NCBI RefSeq assembly: GCF_000341395.1
Contig: NC_020304.1
Location: forward strand, 3,390,001 to 3,422,000
Length of the DNA stretch: 32,000 bases
From: Desulfocapsa sulfexigens DSM 10523
GTDB lineage: Bacteria > Desulfobacterota > Desulfobulbia > Desulfobulbales > Desulfocapsaceae
Reading direction: 5' to 3'
Part shown: positions 7,116 to 16,571 of the stretch, piece after piece
Numbering within the stretch: the stretch's first letter is position 1
How the letters are laid out: every line of letters starts with the position of its first letter
Notes under the pieces: generated by a model
What the model was told of the DNA's origin: nothing
What the model saw: the letters and a program-made list of their open reading frames with translations, nothing else
The model's database searches: none
Translations under genes and position numbers: made by a program

Positions 7116-10100
7116 ATGTCACGAAAAATGGTCACTATTGACGGCAACCAGGCCTGTACCCATGTAGCCTATGCCACCAGCGAAATAATCACTATCTATC
7201 CAATCACGCCATCAACCTCAATGGCGGCAGAATCTGACACAAAGGCCAATTCCAACCAGAAGAACATCTGGGGCTCTGTTCCCACCGTCAGTCAGATGCA
7301 GTCCGAAGCAGGAGTTGCAGGAGCATTGCACGGTTCACTTACCACCGGTGCACTCTGCACTACTTTTTCCGCCTCCCAGGGCCTTATGCTACTGCTCCCC
7401 AACATGAACAAGATTGCAGGCGAGTTGACCCCCACTGTATTTCATATCGCTGCCCGTGCTCTGGCCTACCAGGGATTGTCCATCTTCGGTGATCACAGTG
7501 ACATCATGGCTGCCCGTCAGACCGGTTGGGCTATGCTGGGCTCTCAGAATGTCCAGGAAGCCCAGGATATGGCCCTGATATCGATGCAGTCTACGCTAAA
7601 ATCACGCATCCCCTTCATGCATTTCTTCGATGGTTTCCGTACCTCCAGTGAAATTCAAAAAATCGAACAACTGTCAGAGGAAGACATGCTGGAAATGATT
7701 GACGATGACCTGATCATTGAGCACCGTAAGCGTGGTCTGTCTCCGGATCGCCCTATGATGCGAGGAACAGCTCAGAATCCGGATGTAAATTTCACCGGCC
7801 GGGAAACAGTTAATAAATTTTATGAAGCAGTGCCTGGAATTGTCCAGGAGACCATGGACAAGTTTGCTATCCTCACCGGGCGCAGCTACCACCTCTTTGA
7901 TTACTTCGGTGCACCCGACGCCGAACACATTATTGTTGCCATGGCCTCGGGAGCAGAGACGGTGCGAGCCACCGTTGAGTATCTGGTAGCCCAGGGAGAG
8001 AAGGTAGGTCTGGTTGTGGTTCGACTGTTTCGCCCCTTTGATGCAAGCGCGCTTATCGGAGCTCTTCCGGACAGTGTCAAGTACATCACCGTACTGGATC
8101 GAACCAAGGAAAGTGGCGCGGCAGGCGAACCCTTGTATCAGGATGTCCGTACTGTTGTCGGTGAGGCCCAGGATACTGGTGTTCTTGCCAAAGCACCGAT
8201 TGTGTTAGGCGGCCGCTATGGCCTGGGATCAGCCGAATTCACCCCGGCCATGGTCAAGGCGGTGTTTGACAATATGGCTTCAACCAACTCAAAAAACCAT
8301 TTCTGTGTAGGCCCAAATGATGACGTAGCCTTTACCAGCCTTGATTACGATAAGTCCTATGATATCGAAGGCAAGGATGTCCACCGGGCCATGTTCTTCG
8401 GTCTGGGAGCTGACGGCACCGTTGGCGCCAACAAGAACAGTATCAAGATCATCGGTTCCGAGACCGACAATAATGCCCAGGGATATTTTGTCTATGATTC
8501 AAAAAAATCCGGTTCCATAACCACCAGTCATCTTCGTTTCGGCAAAAATAAAATCATGGCCCCCTACCTCATCAACAAGGCCAGTTTTGTTGCCTGCCAT
8601 AAGTTTACTTTTCTTGATCAGTATGACATGCTGGCCAGCATCGAGGAAAACGGGACCTTTCTGCTTACAACTTCTTTCAGCAAGGATGACGTCTGGAAGC
8701 ACCTTCCAGCAAAAGTCCAGAAGCAGATGATTGACAAGAAGTTGAAATTTTACATCATCGATGCCATCAGCCTCGCCGCAGCCCTGGGCCTTGGCGCCAG
8801 GATCAACATGATCATGCAGACTGCTTTCTTTTTGATCTCCGACATCATCTCCAAAGAAGAAGCCATCAGCTCCATCAAAACCGCCATCAAAAAAACATAC
8901 GGAAAAAAGGGTGAGAAGGTGGTCAAGATGAACTACGACGCCGTGGACGCAGCGGTAAACAATATCGTATCCGTTACTGTACCCTCATCTATCAACGGCC
9001 ACGAACTTCCACCAACCGTACCCGCCGATGCCCCTGCTTTCGTCAAGGAGGTAACGGCAAAGATGATTGAGGGCAAGGGGTCCGAGATCAGGGTTTCCCA
9101 GATGCCCTGCGATGGTACCTGGCCCACCGCCACTACCCAATATGAAAAACGCAACATTGCCGTTCAGGTTCCCCAGTGGGATGCGGGGACCTGTATTCAA
9201 TGCGGTCAATGTTCCCTGGTCTGTCCCCATGCCTCCATCCGCATAAAAATTGTTGACCAGAATAGTCTGAACGATGCACCTGCAACCATGCAGAGTGTTG
9301 ATGCCGTTGGAAAACAGTTTAAGGACCGTAAATTTGTCCTTGCCGTTTCCACTGAGGATTGTAATGGCTGCAGTCATTGTGTATCTGTCTGTCCGGCCCG
9401 CAAGAAAAATGCTGCTGGAGAAAAAACTGAAGAGCGCGCATTGGCCATGGCAGATAATAATGAGGAGATCCGAATCCGTGAATCAGGCAATTACGCCTTT
9501 TTTCTCAATCTGCCGGAGCTTGATTGCAGTGAAATCAACCCGAGCACTATAAAAGGCAGTCAGCTGTTACGACCTCTTTTTGAGTACCCTGGTGCCTGTG
9601 TGGGCTGTGGTGAGACCCCGTACATCAAACTGGCCACCCAGCTTTTCGGCGACCGGATGATGATTGCTAATGCCACCGGCTGCTCCTCCATCTACGGCGG
9701 CAATCTACCCACTACCCCCTACTGCAAGCGGAGTGATGGACGAGGGCCGATTTGGGCCAACTCGCTGTTTGAAGACAATGCCGAGTTTGGTCTTGGTATG
9801 CGCCAGACCGTCAACAAATTGGCGTCCCAGGCCGTTGAACTGCTTGAAGGTGCGGTAACGGCAGGGCTTGTGGAGCAGAGTATGGTTGATAAAATACTGA
9901 ATGCCCCCCAGACCAGCCAGGTAGAGATTGAGACCCAACGTGAGATGATTGCATGGTTAAAAAAGAAACTTGAGGGAACCACCTTTCCAAAAGCTCAGCA
10001 ATTACTCCATGTGGTCGATTATCTCGTGAAAAAATCGGTATGGATATTCGGTGGTGACGGGTGGGCATATGATATCGGCTACGGTGGTCTCGACCACGTG

Positions 10101-10688
10101 CTGGCTTCAGGTGAAAATGTCAACGTTCTGGTCATGGACACCGAGGTGTATTCGAATACCGGCGGCCAGATGTCAAAATCCACCCCCCGTGCGGCCACCG
10201 CCCAATTCGCCGCTGGTGGTAAACGGATGGCCAAGAAGGATATAGGAATGATTTTTGCCACCTACGGCAATGTGTATGTGGCAAAAGTTTCCATGGGTGC
10301 CAATCCGGCCCAGGTGGTCAAAGCCTTTAACGAGGCTGAGGCATATGACGGCCCATCGTTGATTATTGCCTATTCCCACTGCATTAACCATGGCATCAAT
10401 ATGGCTCAAGGGCTGGAGCAGCAGAAAAAGGCTGTTGATTGCGGCCACTGGCCGCTCTACCGCTACAATCCAATGCTTGAAGAGATCAGCAAAAATCCAC
10501 TGATCATTGATTCTAAAGCTCCGTCATCGTCGTTTGCTGATTATGCGATGAATGAGAACCGCTACAGAGCCCTGAAGTTAACCAACCCCGATATGTTTGA
10601 CGAGTTAATGGGGATGGCCCAGAAGGATGTGGATAAGGCATGGAAGTTTCTGGATGGTCGCCGCAAGGCCCTGAAACCTGAAGCATAG
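7116..10688 (+). CDS. nifJ: Pyruvate:ferredoxin (flavodoxin) oxidoreductase, single-polypeptide homodimeric type
   Basis: The product is 1190 aa. The N-terminus is VTIDGNQACTHVAYATSEIITIYPITPST. Two ferredoxin-type clusters read CIQCGQCSLVCPHASI and CNGCSHCVSVCPA. The TPP domain shows GDGWAYDIGYGGLDHV and LVMDTEVYSNTGGQMSKSTP. Confidence 0.95.
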   Translation: MSRKMVTIDGNQACTHVAYATSEIITIYPITPSTSMAAESDTKANSNQKNIWGSVPTVSQMQSEAGVAGALHGSLTTGALCTTFSASQGLMLLLPNMNKIAGELTPTVFHIAARALAYQGLSIFGDHSDIMAARQTGWAMLGSQNVQEAQDMALISMQSTLKSRIPFMHFFDGFRTSSEIQKIEQLSEEDMLEMIDDDLIIEHRKRGLSPDRPMMRGTAQNPDVNFTGRETVNKFYEAVPGIVQETMDKFAILTGRSYHLFDYFGAPDAEHIIVAMASGAETVRATVEYLVAQGEKVGLVVVRLFRPFDASALIGALPDSVKYITVLDRTKESGAAGEPLYQDVRTVVGEAQDTGVLAKAPIVLGGRYGLGSAEFTPAMVKAVFDNMASTNSKNHFCVGPNDDVAFTSLDYDKSYDIEGKDVHRAMFFGLGADGTVGANKNSIKIIGSETDNNAQGYFVYDSKKSGSITTSHLRFGKNKIMAPYLINKASFVACHKFTFLDQYDMLASIEENGTFLLTTSFSKDDVWKHLPAKVQKQMIDKKLKFYIIDAISLAAALGLGARINMIMQTAFFLISDIISKEEAISSIKTAIKKTYGKKGEKVVKMNYDAVDAAVNNIVSVTVPSSINGHELPPTVPADAPAFVKEVTAKMIEGKGSEIRVSQMPCDGTWPTATTQYEKRNIAVQVPQWDAGTCIQCGQCSLVCPHASIRIKIVDQNSLNDAPATMQSVDAVGKQFKDRKFVLAVSTEDCNGCSHCVSVCPARKKNAAGEKTEERALAMADNNEEIRIRESGNYAFFLNLPELDCSEINPSTIKGSQLLRPLFEYPGACVGCGETPYIKLATQLFGDRMMIANATGCSSIYGGNLPTTPYCKRSDGRGPIWANSLFEDNAEFGLGMRQTVNKLASQAVELLEGAVTAGLVEQSMVDKILNAPQTSQVEIETQREMIAWLKKKLEGTTFPKAQQLLHVVDYLVKKSVWIFGGDGWAYDIGYGGLDHVLASGENVNVLVMDTEVYSNTGGQMSKSTPRAATAQFAAGGKRMAKKDIGMIFATYGNVYVAKVSMGANPAQVVKAFNEAEAYDGPSLIIAYSHCINHGINMAQGLEQQKKAVDCGHWPLYRYNPMLEEISKNPLIIDSKAPSSSFADYAMNENRYRALKLTNPDMFDELMGMAQKDVDKAWKFLDGRRKALKPEA

Positions 10689-10703
10689 GAAGTGACGGAA
10701 CAA

Positions 10704-10743
10704 CAACAGGGCCAGGGACTTTTTTTCATCCCTAGTCCTGTTG
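10704..10743 (+). terminator. Imperfect hairpin after nifJ, a possible attenuator or terminator without a U-tract
   Basis: The structure is CAACAGG-gcc-AGGGA-ctttttttca-TCCCT-agt-CCTGTTG. No T-run follows it, so its function is uncertain. Confidence 0.3.
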
Positions 10744-10792
10744 CCTATTCCGTAGAGAATAAATAAAAATCAAGACGAATGTATCTGGAGAT

Positions 10793-12655
10793 ATGATGCA
10801 TAAACTACTGACCGATGAGCCTGGAAAAAAGATGTTGCTGCTTGGTAACGAGGCCATTGCCCGTGGGGCCGTTGAGGCTGGAGTGGCCATTGCTGCAGCG
10901 TATCCTGGCACCCCTTCCTCCGAAATTTCACTGAACTTTTTTCAAATGTCTCAGGAAAGTGAGCTTTATTTTGAATACAGTGTCAATGAAAAGGTCTCGC
11001 TCGAGGTAGCGGCGGCTGCAGCCAATACAGGCGTACGTGCCATGTGTATTATGAAACATGTGGGGATGAACGTTGCTGCCGATGCCCTGATGACTCTTGC
11101 CTATGTGGGCGTGAGAGGTGGGCTTGTTATTCTGGTGGCTGACGACCCTTCCATGTTTTCCAGCCAGAATGAGCAGGATAGCAGATACTATGCAAAACTT
11201 TCCGGTCTTGCCATGCTGGAGCCATCCACCATTGAAGAGGCTAAGGACATCACAATCCGGGCATTTGAGTTGTCAGAGGAGTTAGAAGAGCCTGTTCTTC
11301 TCCGAACAACCACCCGAATAAATCACTCCACCGCTGTTGTCACATGTGGCGATATCTCTCCTCCAAAAACAAAAGGAGATTTTACCAGAAACCCCATGCG
11401 CTATGTCACAGTGCCAGCGGTATCACGTAAACTCCATGTTCGACTTCTTGACAATCTTGCCAGAGCAGAAGAAACAGCCAATCAGTCATCCTTGAATTTC
11501 ACGGAAGGCAAAGGCAACTGGGGTATTATCTGTAACGGAGTCAGCTACACCTATGTTTCCGATGCCGTGCAGGAACTTGGGATAGAGGAGAAGGCGACAA
11601 TTCTCCGCCTGGGTTTTTCGCACCCCCTGCCTAGAGAAAAGGTGAATTCGTTTCTAGCCGGCTGCGATCGTGTACTCATCGTGGAAGAAGGAGAGCCGGT
11701 CCTTGAGGAAGCCGTAAAAGCTTTGGCCCAGGAAAAAGGCAAACTTCTACCCATAGGTGGAAAAAGTACGGCTCTTTTTTCACGCCTTGGCGAATTCAAC
11801 CCTGCTCTTGTGCGAGAAAAAATTTCTGCGTGGTTTGAAGTGCAAGAAACTCTTCATGACAAACAAGAGCCTTTAATACAGGCGGAGTTAGCACCACGTC
11901 CGCCAACCCTGTGCGCCGGCTGTTCTCACCGGGCCACCTTCCATGCTGTAAAAAAAGCTGCCGCAGGTATGGATGTCATCTATCCCACTGATATTGGCTG
12001 CTACACCCTCGGTATGCTGCCCCCCCTTGGGATGGCAGATTTCCTGATCTGTATGGGGTCATCCACCGGGACTGCCGCAGGTTTCTCCAGAACTCTGGAT
12101 AAAAAGGTGGTCACTTTCTGCGGTGACTCCACCTTCTTTCATTCTGCAATGGCAGGGCTGGTCAATGCAGTATTCAACAAACATAACTTTACCCTGATAA
12201 TCCTTGATAACGGTACCACAGCCATGACCGGGCACCAGCCCCATCCGGGTGTGGATATGGAAAAGCACGGGCTTTCCGGTTTTGGCAAAATTGATATTGA
12301 AGAGGTGGTCAAAGCACTGGGCGTCGGATATCTATCCGTCATTCATCCCTTCAAACTCAACAAAAGTATCAAAGTGTTACAGGAAGCGTTTGCCTACAAA
12401 GGTGTTTCCGTAGTTATTGCCAGGGAGATCTGCACCCTGTATGGCAAGAGTCTGAAAATGCCAAAGATGAAACCCTTTTACGTCAGTGACAAATGTCAGA
12501 ATCATAAGGACTGCATCGACCAGCTTGGCTGTCCCGCCTTCTTTGTCAAAAAGGGTCGGGTGAATATTGATCCTGATCGCTGCACCGGTTGTGCACTCTG
12601 CGCTCAGGTCTGTCCTGAAAACGCCATTCGTCCTGTAAAAACAAACGATAAGTAA
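10793..12655 (+). CDS. iorA: Indolepyruvate:ferredoxin oxidoreductase alpha subunit (TPP and 4Fe-4S)
   Basis: The N-terminus is LLGNEAIARGAVEAGVAIAAAYPGTPSSEI. The TPP-binding region is GDSTFFHSAMAGLVNAV...LDNGTTAMTGHQ. The C-terminal ferredoxin motif is CTGCALCAQVCPENAI. The second ATG at 10796 has the better spacing from GGAG. Confidence 0.85.
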   Translation: MMHKLLTDEPGKKMLLLGNEAIARGAVEAGVAIAAAYPGTPSSEISLNFFQMSQESELYFEYSVNEKVSLEVAAAAANTGVRAMCIMKHVGMNVAADALMTLAYVGVRGGLVILVADDPSMFSSQNEQDSRYYAKLSGLAMLEPSTIEEAKDITIRAFELSEELEEPVLLRTTTRINHSTAVVTCGDISPPKTKGDFTRNPMRYVTVPAVSRKLHVRLLDNLARAEETANQSSLNFTEGKGNWGIICNGVSYTYVSDAVQELGIEEKATILRLGFSHPLPREKVNSFLAGCDRVLIVEEGEPVLEEAVKALAQEKGKLLPIGGKSTALFSRLGEFNPALVREKISAWFEVQETLHDKQEPLIQAELAPRPPTLCAGCSHRATFHAVKKAAAGMDVIYPTDIGCYTLGMLPPLGMADFLICMGSSTGTAAGFSRTLDKKVVTFCGDSTFFHSAMAGLVNAVFNKHNFTLIILDNGTTAMTGHQPHPGVDMEKHGLSGFGKIDIEEVVKALGVGYLSVIHPFKLNKSIKVLQEAFAYKGVSVVIAREICTLYGKSLKMPKMKPFYVSDKCQNHKDCIDQLGCPAFFVKKGRVNIDPDRCTGCALCAQVCPENAIRPVKTNDK

Positions 12656-12676
12656 AATCCCCGAGGGAAACAAGAT

Positions 12677-13258
12677 ATGAAAGTAATCAGATTAATGATC
12701 GTGGCCGTAGGTGGTCAGGGAAATCTCCTGGCTACCAAAGTACTTGGAGAGGCTGCACTTCTTGCTGGGATCCCCTTTAGAATGAGTGAAATCCATGGTA
12801 TGGCTCAGCGGGGTGGTGTGGTTGAATCAGCAATGATTTTCGGGGATGCCAAAAGCTCGCTTATTTCCGATGGTGAGGCTGATATTCTCGCCGGTTTTGA
12901 ACCCCTTGAGACCCTGCGCGCATTAGGAAAATGTAACAAAAAAACTGTAGTTATAACGAACTCTGCACCAATACCGCCATTTGCAGCGGCTGTCGGGTGG
13001 TCTGCCTATCCGGGTCCGGAGGATTTGCAGATACAGATACTGGACATGGCTGGAAGCCTGAATAGTTTTGACGCTACAACTCTTGCCATTGAGGCCGGTA
13101 ATGTCATGGCTGTAAATATGGTTATTCTTGGTGCGTTAGCCGGCACCGATCTGCTTCCCGTTTCTGCTGAAAACATCAGGGAGACGATTCGCAACAAAAC
13201 CCGAAAGAATTTTATTGATGTCAACCTCAAAGCCTTTGACCTGGGTTTCAAGCAGTAA
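12677..13258 (+). CDS. iorB: Indolepyruvate:ferredoxin oxidoreductase beta subunit
   Basis: The motif VAVGGQGNLLATKVLGEAA...MSEIHGMAQRGGVVES is the gamma-domain signature of 2-oxoacid:ferredoxin oxidoreductases. The gene starts 21 nt downstream of iorA. Confidence 0.8.
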   Translation: MKVIRLMIVAVGGQGNLLATKVLGEAALLAGIPFRMSEIHGMAQRGGVVESAMIFGDAKSSLISDGEADILAGFEPLETLRALGKCNKKTVVITNSAPIPPFAAAVGWSAYPGPEDLQIQILDMAGSLNSFDATTLAIEAGNVMAVNMVILGALAGTDLLPVSAENIRETIRNKTRKNFIDVNLKAFDLGFKQ

Positions 13259-13287
13259 CCTTAAAAGCTACATGAGGAAATGACCCT

Positions 13288-15393
13288 ATGTTACTCAATG
13301 GTACTTCCGAAGCAGAACAGGGAAAGACAGTGTACCTGGAAAAGATATGCGAGATATCAAGCCGTTTAGTCATCGGCATAAACAGCATATTTGTCCGAAA
13401 AATGAACGATAAACCACTGCTGTCTGCCTGTGAAAATAAGTTGGTTGAAGGAAAGTATCTCCAGGAGGATTTCCAGTATGTCCTTATCTGGAACCGTGGT
13501 GTTATTGCCAGTATGGTGGCAGAGCAGGCGTATGAAGTCGGAAAAAAAGTTATTTTTGTCCACGACGGTAAAGATGCCAGACCAGATAGAAGTGATGGGG
13601 ATCTCATCTTTACTGCTCCATATTCTGCCACACCTGAACAGAAAGGCCGTGGGGATCGACCAGATATCACAGCGCTCGACCAGCTACTGCTGTTTTTAAA
13701 GAACCATAATATTCCGCTTGATCAGATTGTCCTCCATCCGGGGTATGGATTTAATTCGGAAGATCCTGTGTTTTTTGAGGCGTTGGAGAAGAGAGAAATC
13801 CGTTTCCTGGGTGCCGGCAGCAAACACATTGATTTCATAGGCAACAAAGTCAATGCCAATAAGATCGCAGCCCAAACAAGCATAAAACCACCAGGGTCCA
13901 GTGGAAGGATAGAGACCGTAAACCAGGCCCTGACTTTTTTTCAGCTGTGCCACAAGGACGGGATACAAAAAATAGTCTTAAAAGATGCATATGGAGGCGG
14001 TGGCTCAGGACAAAAACTCATTGCAGTTGATGATCCTCAGGCGGAGAATATAATCGTACAGACTGTAAATGAATGGCTGGATAAAGGAACGACCTTCAGT
14101 ATCGATCAGTGGATTGAAAAAAGCAGGCATATCGAGATGCAGGTAATGGTGGACCAGGGCGGCAACGTTCGCTTTGGTTCTCCCCGTGACTGCACCATGC
14201 AACGTGCAAAGCAGAAGATCATTGAAGAGACAGCCTCGATCACCCTGTCCCAGGAACTGCAACTGCGGGAATCCATCCAAGACTATTTCAAAATGGTGGA
14301 GGAAAAACTTGAAAAACCCTATGTGGGGCTGGCTACCTTTGAAATGCTGTATGAACCCGATACCGGCAATTTCAACTTTCTGGAAGTAAACACACGAATT
14401 CAGGTAGAACACCCTGTTTCCGGGCACCAGGGCGGTATTCAATTTATCAGGACACAGTTTGATATTGCCAGTGGACAGAGACTGCATGATCAGGAAAAAC
14501 TTGATCGCAGGCGTGATAAGGTGGGAGGCCACACCATTGAAGCCAGAATCTGCCTTGAAGAAGTCTTAGAGACGGGGATGATTCAGTTTGTAAAAGAAAT
14601 GTTGCACAAGGATGCCCTTACCTTGGGTGTTAGCGGGAAAGTTGCAATAAGGCTGCCGGAACGTGCCAATTCAACGTTTTACTTTGATAACCGTATAATA
14701 AGAGACAGAGAAGTTGCCAATGGTCAGGGGCGCTATGACACCATGGTCGGCCAGGTAGTTTCAAGGGGAGTAGATAGAAAGTCTGCCATATTTGAGCTTG
14801 AGATGGCCGTTAAAAGTCTCCAAATAAAAGGGGTTTCAAGCAATATTGAACTTGTGGCAACTATCCTTGACGATCCAGAATTCAGGGACGATCGTCATTC
14901 CTCAAGGAGCAGTGTTGTAGACCGTTTTATGGAGAAAAAAATTGCTGAAAAGGATCTGCTGGAAGAGAACAAAAAAAAGAGGCAAATCGCACTAAACAAA
15001 TTCAAAGACGAACCGGAACAAGTGGGTATTGCGGATTTAGTCCGTGTGATAGATCTGCCCCTTGCCCCGTGCAGAACGACTGTAAAAAATATAATCGATT
15101 TTTTCACCCCGCCCGGATCGGCTTTCCAGGCAAAATCATTTGAAAAAAGGTACTTTTTAGTCGAAACAAGCCTTGTCAACAGAGATCTTTTTCGGTTTCT
15201 CAGCTGTTTTCAGGTAACCAGTGCGGATGCATATATAGCATCAGACATAAAACTGTTTGCAATCCCGACATGTATGGAAAATCCTTTTCGCCTTTTTTGG
15301 CAATATTACACAGGGGAGAATCCATTTGAAGTAAAACAATGTTTGTTGAGAAGCCAAAATCTCCAATTTTTTTGTATGAAAACAAATAATTAA
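13288..15393 (+). CDS. Biotin-carboxylase-like ATP-grasp protein with N- and C-terminal extensions and no biotinyl or carboxyltransferase domain seen
   Basis: Biotin-carboxylase motifs are present: WNRGVIA (compare ANRGEIA), HPGYGFNSEDPVFF, GNKVNANK, the Gly loop YGGGGSGQ, RDCTMQRAKQKIIEE, EVNTRIQVEHPVSG and GHTIEARI. The biotin-carboxylase C-domain-like region ends near aa 545. The last ~155 aa are unassigned and contain no AMKM biotinylation motif. GAGGAA lies 8 nt upstream of the ATG, and an alternative start exists at 13402. Confidence 0.8.
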   Translation: MLLNGTSEAEQGKTVYLEKICEISSRLVIGINSIFVRKMNDKPLLSACENKLVEGKYLQEDFQYVLIWNRGVIASMVAEQAYEVGKKVIFVHDGKDARPDRSDGDLIFTAPYSATPEQKGRGDRPDITALDQLLLFLKNHNIPLDQIVLHPGYGFNSEDPVFFEALEKREIRFLGAGSKHIDFIGNKVNANKIAAQTSIKPPGSSGRIETVNQALTFFQLCHKDGIQKIVLKDAYGGGGSGQKLIAVDDPQAENIIVQTVNEWLDKGTTFSIDQWIEKSRHIEMQVMVDQGGNVRFGSPRDCTMQRAKQKIIEETASITLSQELQLRESIQDYFKMVEEKLEKPYVGLATFEMLYEPDTGNFNFLEVNTRIQVEHPVSGHQGGIQFIRTQFDIASGQRLHDQEKLDRRRDKVGGHTIEARICLEEVLETGMIQFVKEMLHKDALTLGVSGKVAIRLPERANSTFYFDNRIIRDREVANGQGRYDTMVGQVVSRGVDRKSAIFELEMAVKSLQIKGVSSNIELVATILDDPEFRDDRHSSRSSVVDRFMEKKIAEKDLLEENKKKRQIALNKFKDEPEQVGIADLVRVIDLPLAPCRTTVKNIIDFFTPPGSAFQAKSFEKRYFLVETSLVNRDLFRFLSCFQVTSADAYIASDIKLFAIPTCMENPFRLFWQYYTGENPFEVKQCLLRSQNLQFFCMKTNN

Positions 15394-15608
15394 AGAGTAG
15401 CAGATTGTACCTATAGAAAGTTTCTGGGCAGCCTGCCATTCCATTGGCCTGCCCCCCTGAAATTCTAGGCCTGAAATGTTTATCAGCTGAAGACTTCTCC
15501 CCCACGACCGTATCAGATTAGCATTCCGACCTTCTACTGAACATTAGTTCAATCGTTGTGTTGTCTATATTTCTTTATCAGGAAATAATGAATGAGAGTA
15601 ATGCAAAT

Positions 15609-16163
15609 TTATTTTCTGTACTGTTTACGCCTTTTCCAAATCCATGGCGGAACCGGTGATGTCTCACGCCAAAGTCCTATTTGCTGCGTGCGTGCTTTTT
15701 TTTCATAGCTGTACCAATCATTACAAATGGGTTCTTTACAGTAATAAATATGTACCCAGGCCAACCCTTCTTTCAATAACTCTTCATTGAGACATCTCTG
15801 ATCCGAAAGAGTGACAACTGCCACCATCCTTCCATAATCATCCCAGTCTTTCACCTGCAAAGTAACCACCTTTCCAGCAGCCAATTTGGCAGTAAACCTT
15901 TTAGCAACCCTCGAATAGGCCTGATGATACTCAGGAGTATCTATACCCCAGAGCCTTACTCTGACACTGTTCGATTTATATTTAACCACGATAGTATCGC
16001 CATCTATAATTTTTTCTACGATTGCAGTACCCGACGTACCGGCAAGGATCTGAGAAGAGTATAGGAGTGATAGCAGAACAACAAAAAGCAGATACTGGAA
16101 GAAATCGAACTGGTCTGGGAGCACATTTCTTTTTGGTTTCTTCAGCACAATCACAACTTCCAC
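15609..16163 (-). CDS. Membrane-anchored or secreted staphylococcal-nuclease (SNase/thermonuclease) family protein
   Basis: SNase motifs are IDGDTIVV...VRVRLWGIDTPE and DDYGRMVAVV...LNEELLKEGLAW. The N-terminal basic stretch is followed by the hydrophobic anchor FFQYLLFVVLLSLLYSSQILAG. The start codon is GTG and there is no N-terminal ATG, so the exact start is uncertain. Confidence 0.8.
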   Translation of the reverse strand: MEVVIVLKKPKRNVLPDQFDFFQYLLFVVLLSLLYSSQILAGTSGTAIVEKIIDGDTIVVKYKSNSVRVRLWGIDTPEYHQAYSRVAKRFTAKLAAGKVVTLQVKDWDDYGRMVAVVTLSDQRCLNEELLKEGLAWVHIYYCKEPICNDWYSYEKKARTQQIGLWRETSPVPPWIWKRRKQYRK

Positions 16164-16400
16164 CAGGAAACAAACAATTAATTATACAATATCAAACTGT
16201 TAAATCTGAAAACAAAGCATATGGCACTGCATCAAAAACAAGCAAATATCACAAAAAGATCGGGTTAAAATAAATATTCATCACCTTTTACACCTACACC
16301 CTTAATTTCTTTAAATAAAGCAAAAAATGGTTCTTGTTATTTTTTCACAGCTTATGATAAGCTTAGCAATATATGAGGTACAGCTTTCCCGTGGAATTGG

Positions 16401-16428
16401 TTAATAGACTTCATAGTTTAATAGACTT
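16401..16428. repeat. Two perfect 11-bp direct repeats (TTAATAGACTT) with a 17-bp period, in a divergent promoter region
   Basis: The copies are at 16401-16411 and 16418-16428, and CTTCAT follows each within 0 to 3 nt. They lie between the divergent nuclease and cNMP-binding genes. Confidence 0.5.
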
Positions 16429-16571
16429 ACTTCATGAATTGTTAACGCTAGCCAAGAGAAGATGATTCTGGTATTTTACTGGGTAAGAAATTTTCCAGGC
16501 AGAGATAATTCATTCACCTGCTAATACCTGAACGCAGTTACCGAAGAACTCCTCAGCCCCTATTAGATTTT

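Noticed and set aside
8985-9377. A 130-aa minus-strand ORF and several 60-90-aa ORFs within nifJ (7674-10448)
   Set aside because: They are antisense or out-of-frame overlaps of the well-supported PFOR gene, with no RBS or motifs.
14005-14532. A 175-aa minus-strand ORF inside the biotin-carboxylase-like gene
   Set aside because: It is antisense to the most conserved ATP-grasp core (EVNTRIQVEHP region). It is a shadow ORF of a conserved frame.
15200-15505. A 101-aa minus-strand ORF spanning the 3' end of the ATP-grasp gene and the spacer
   Set aside because: It has no RBS, overlaps the plus-strand gene and has low-complexity, odd composition. It sits in a convergent spacer that needs no additional gene.
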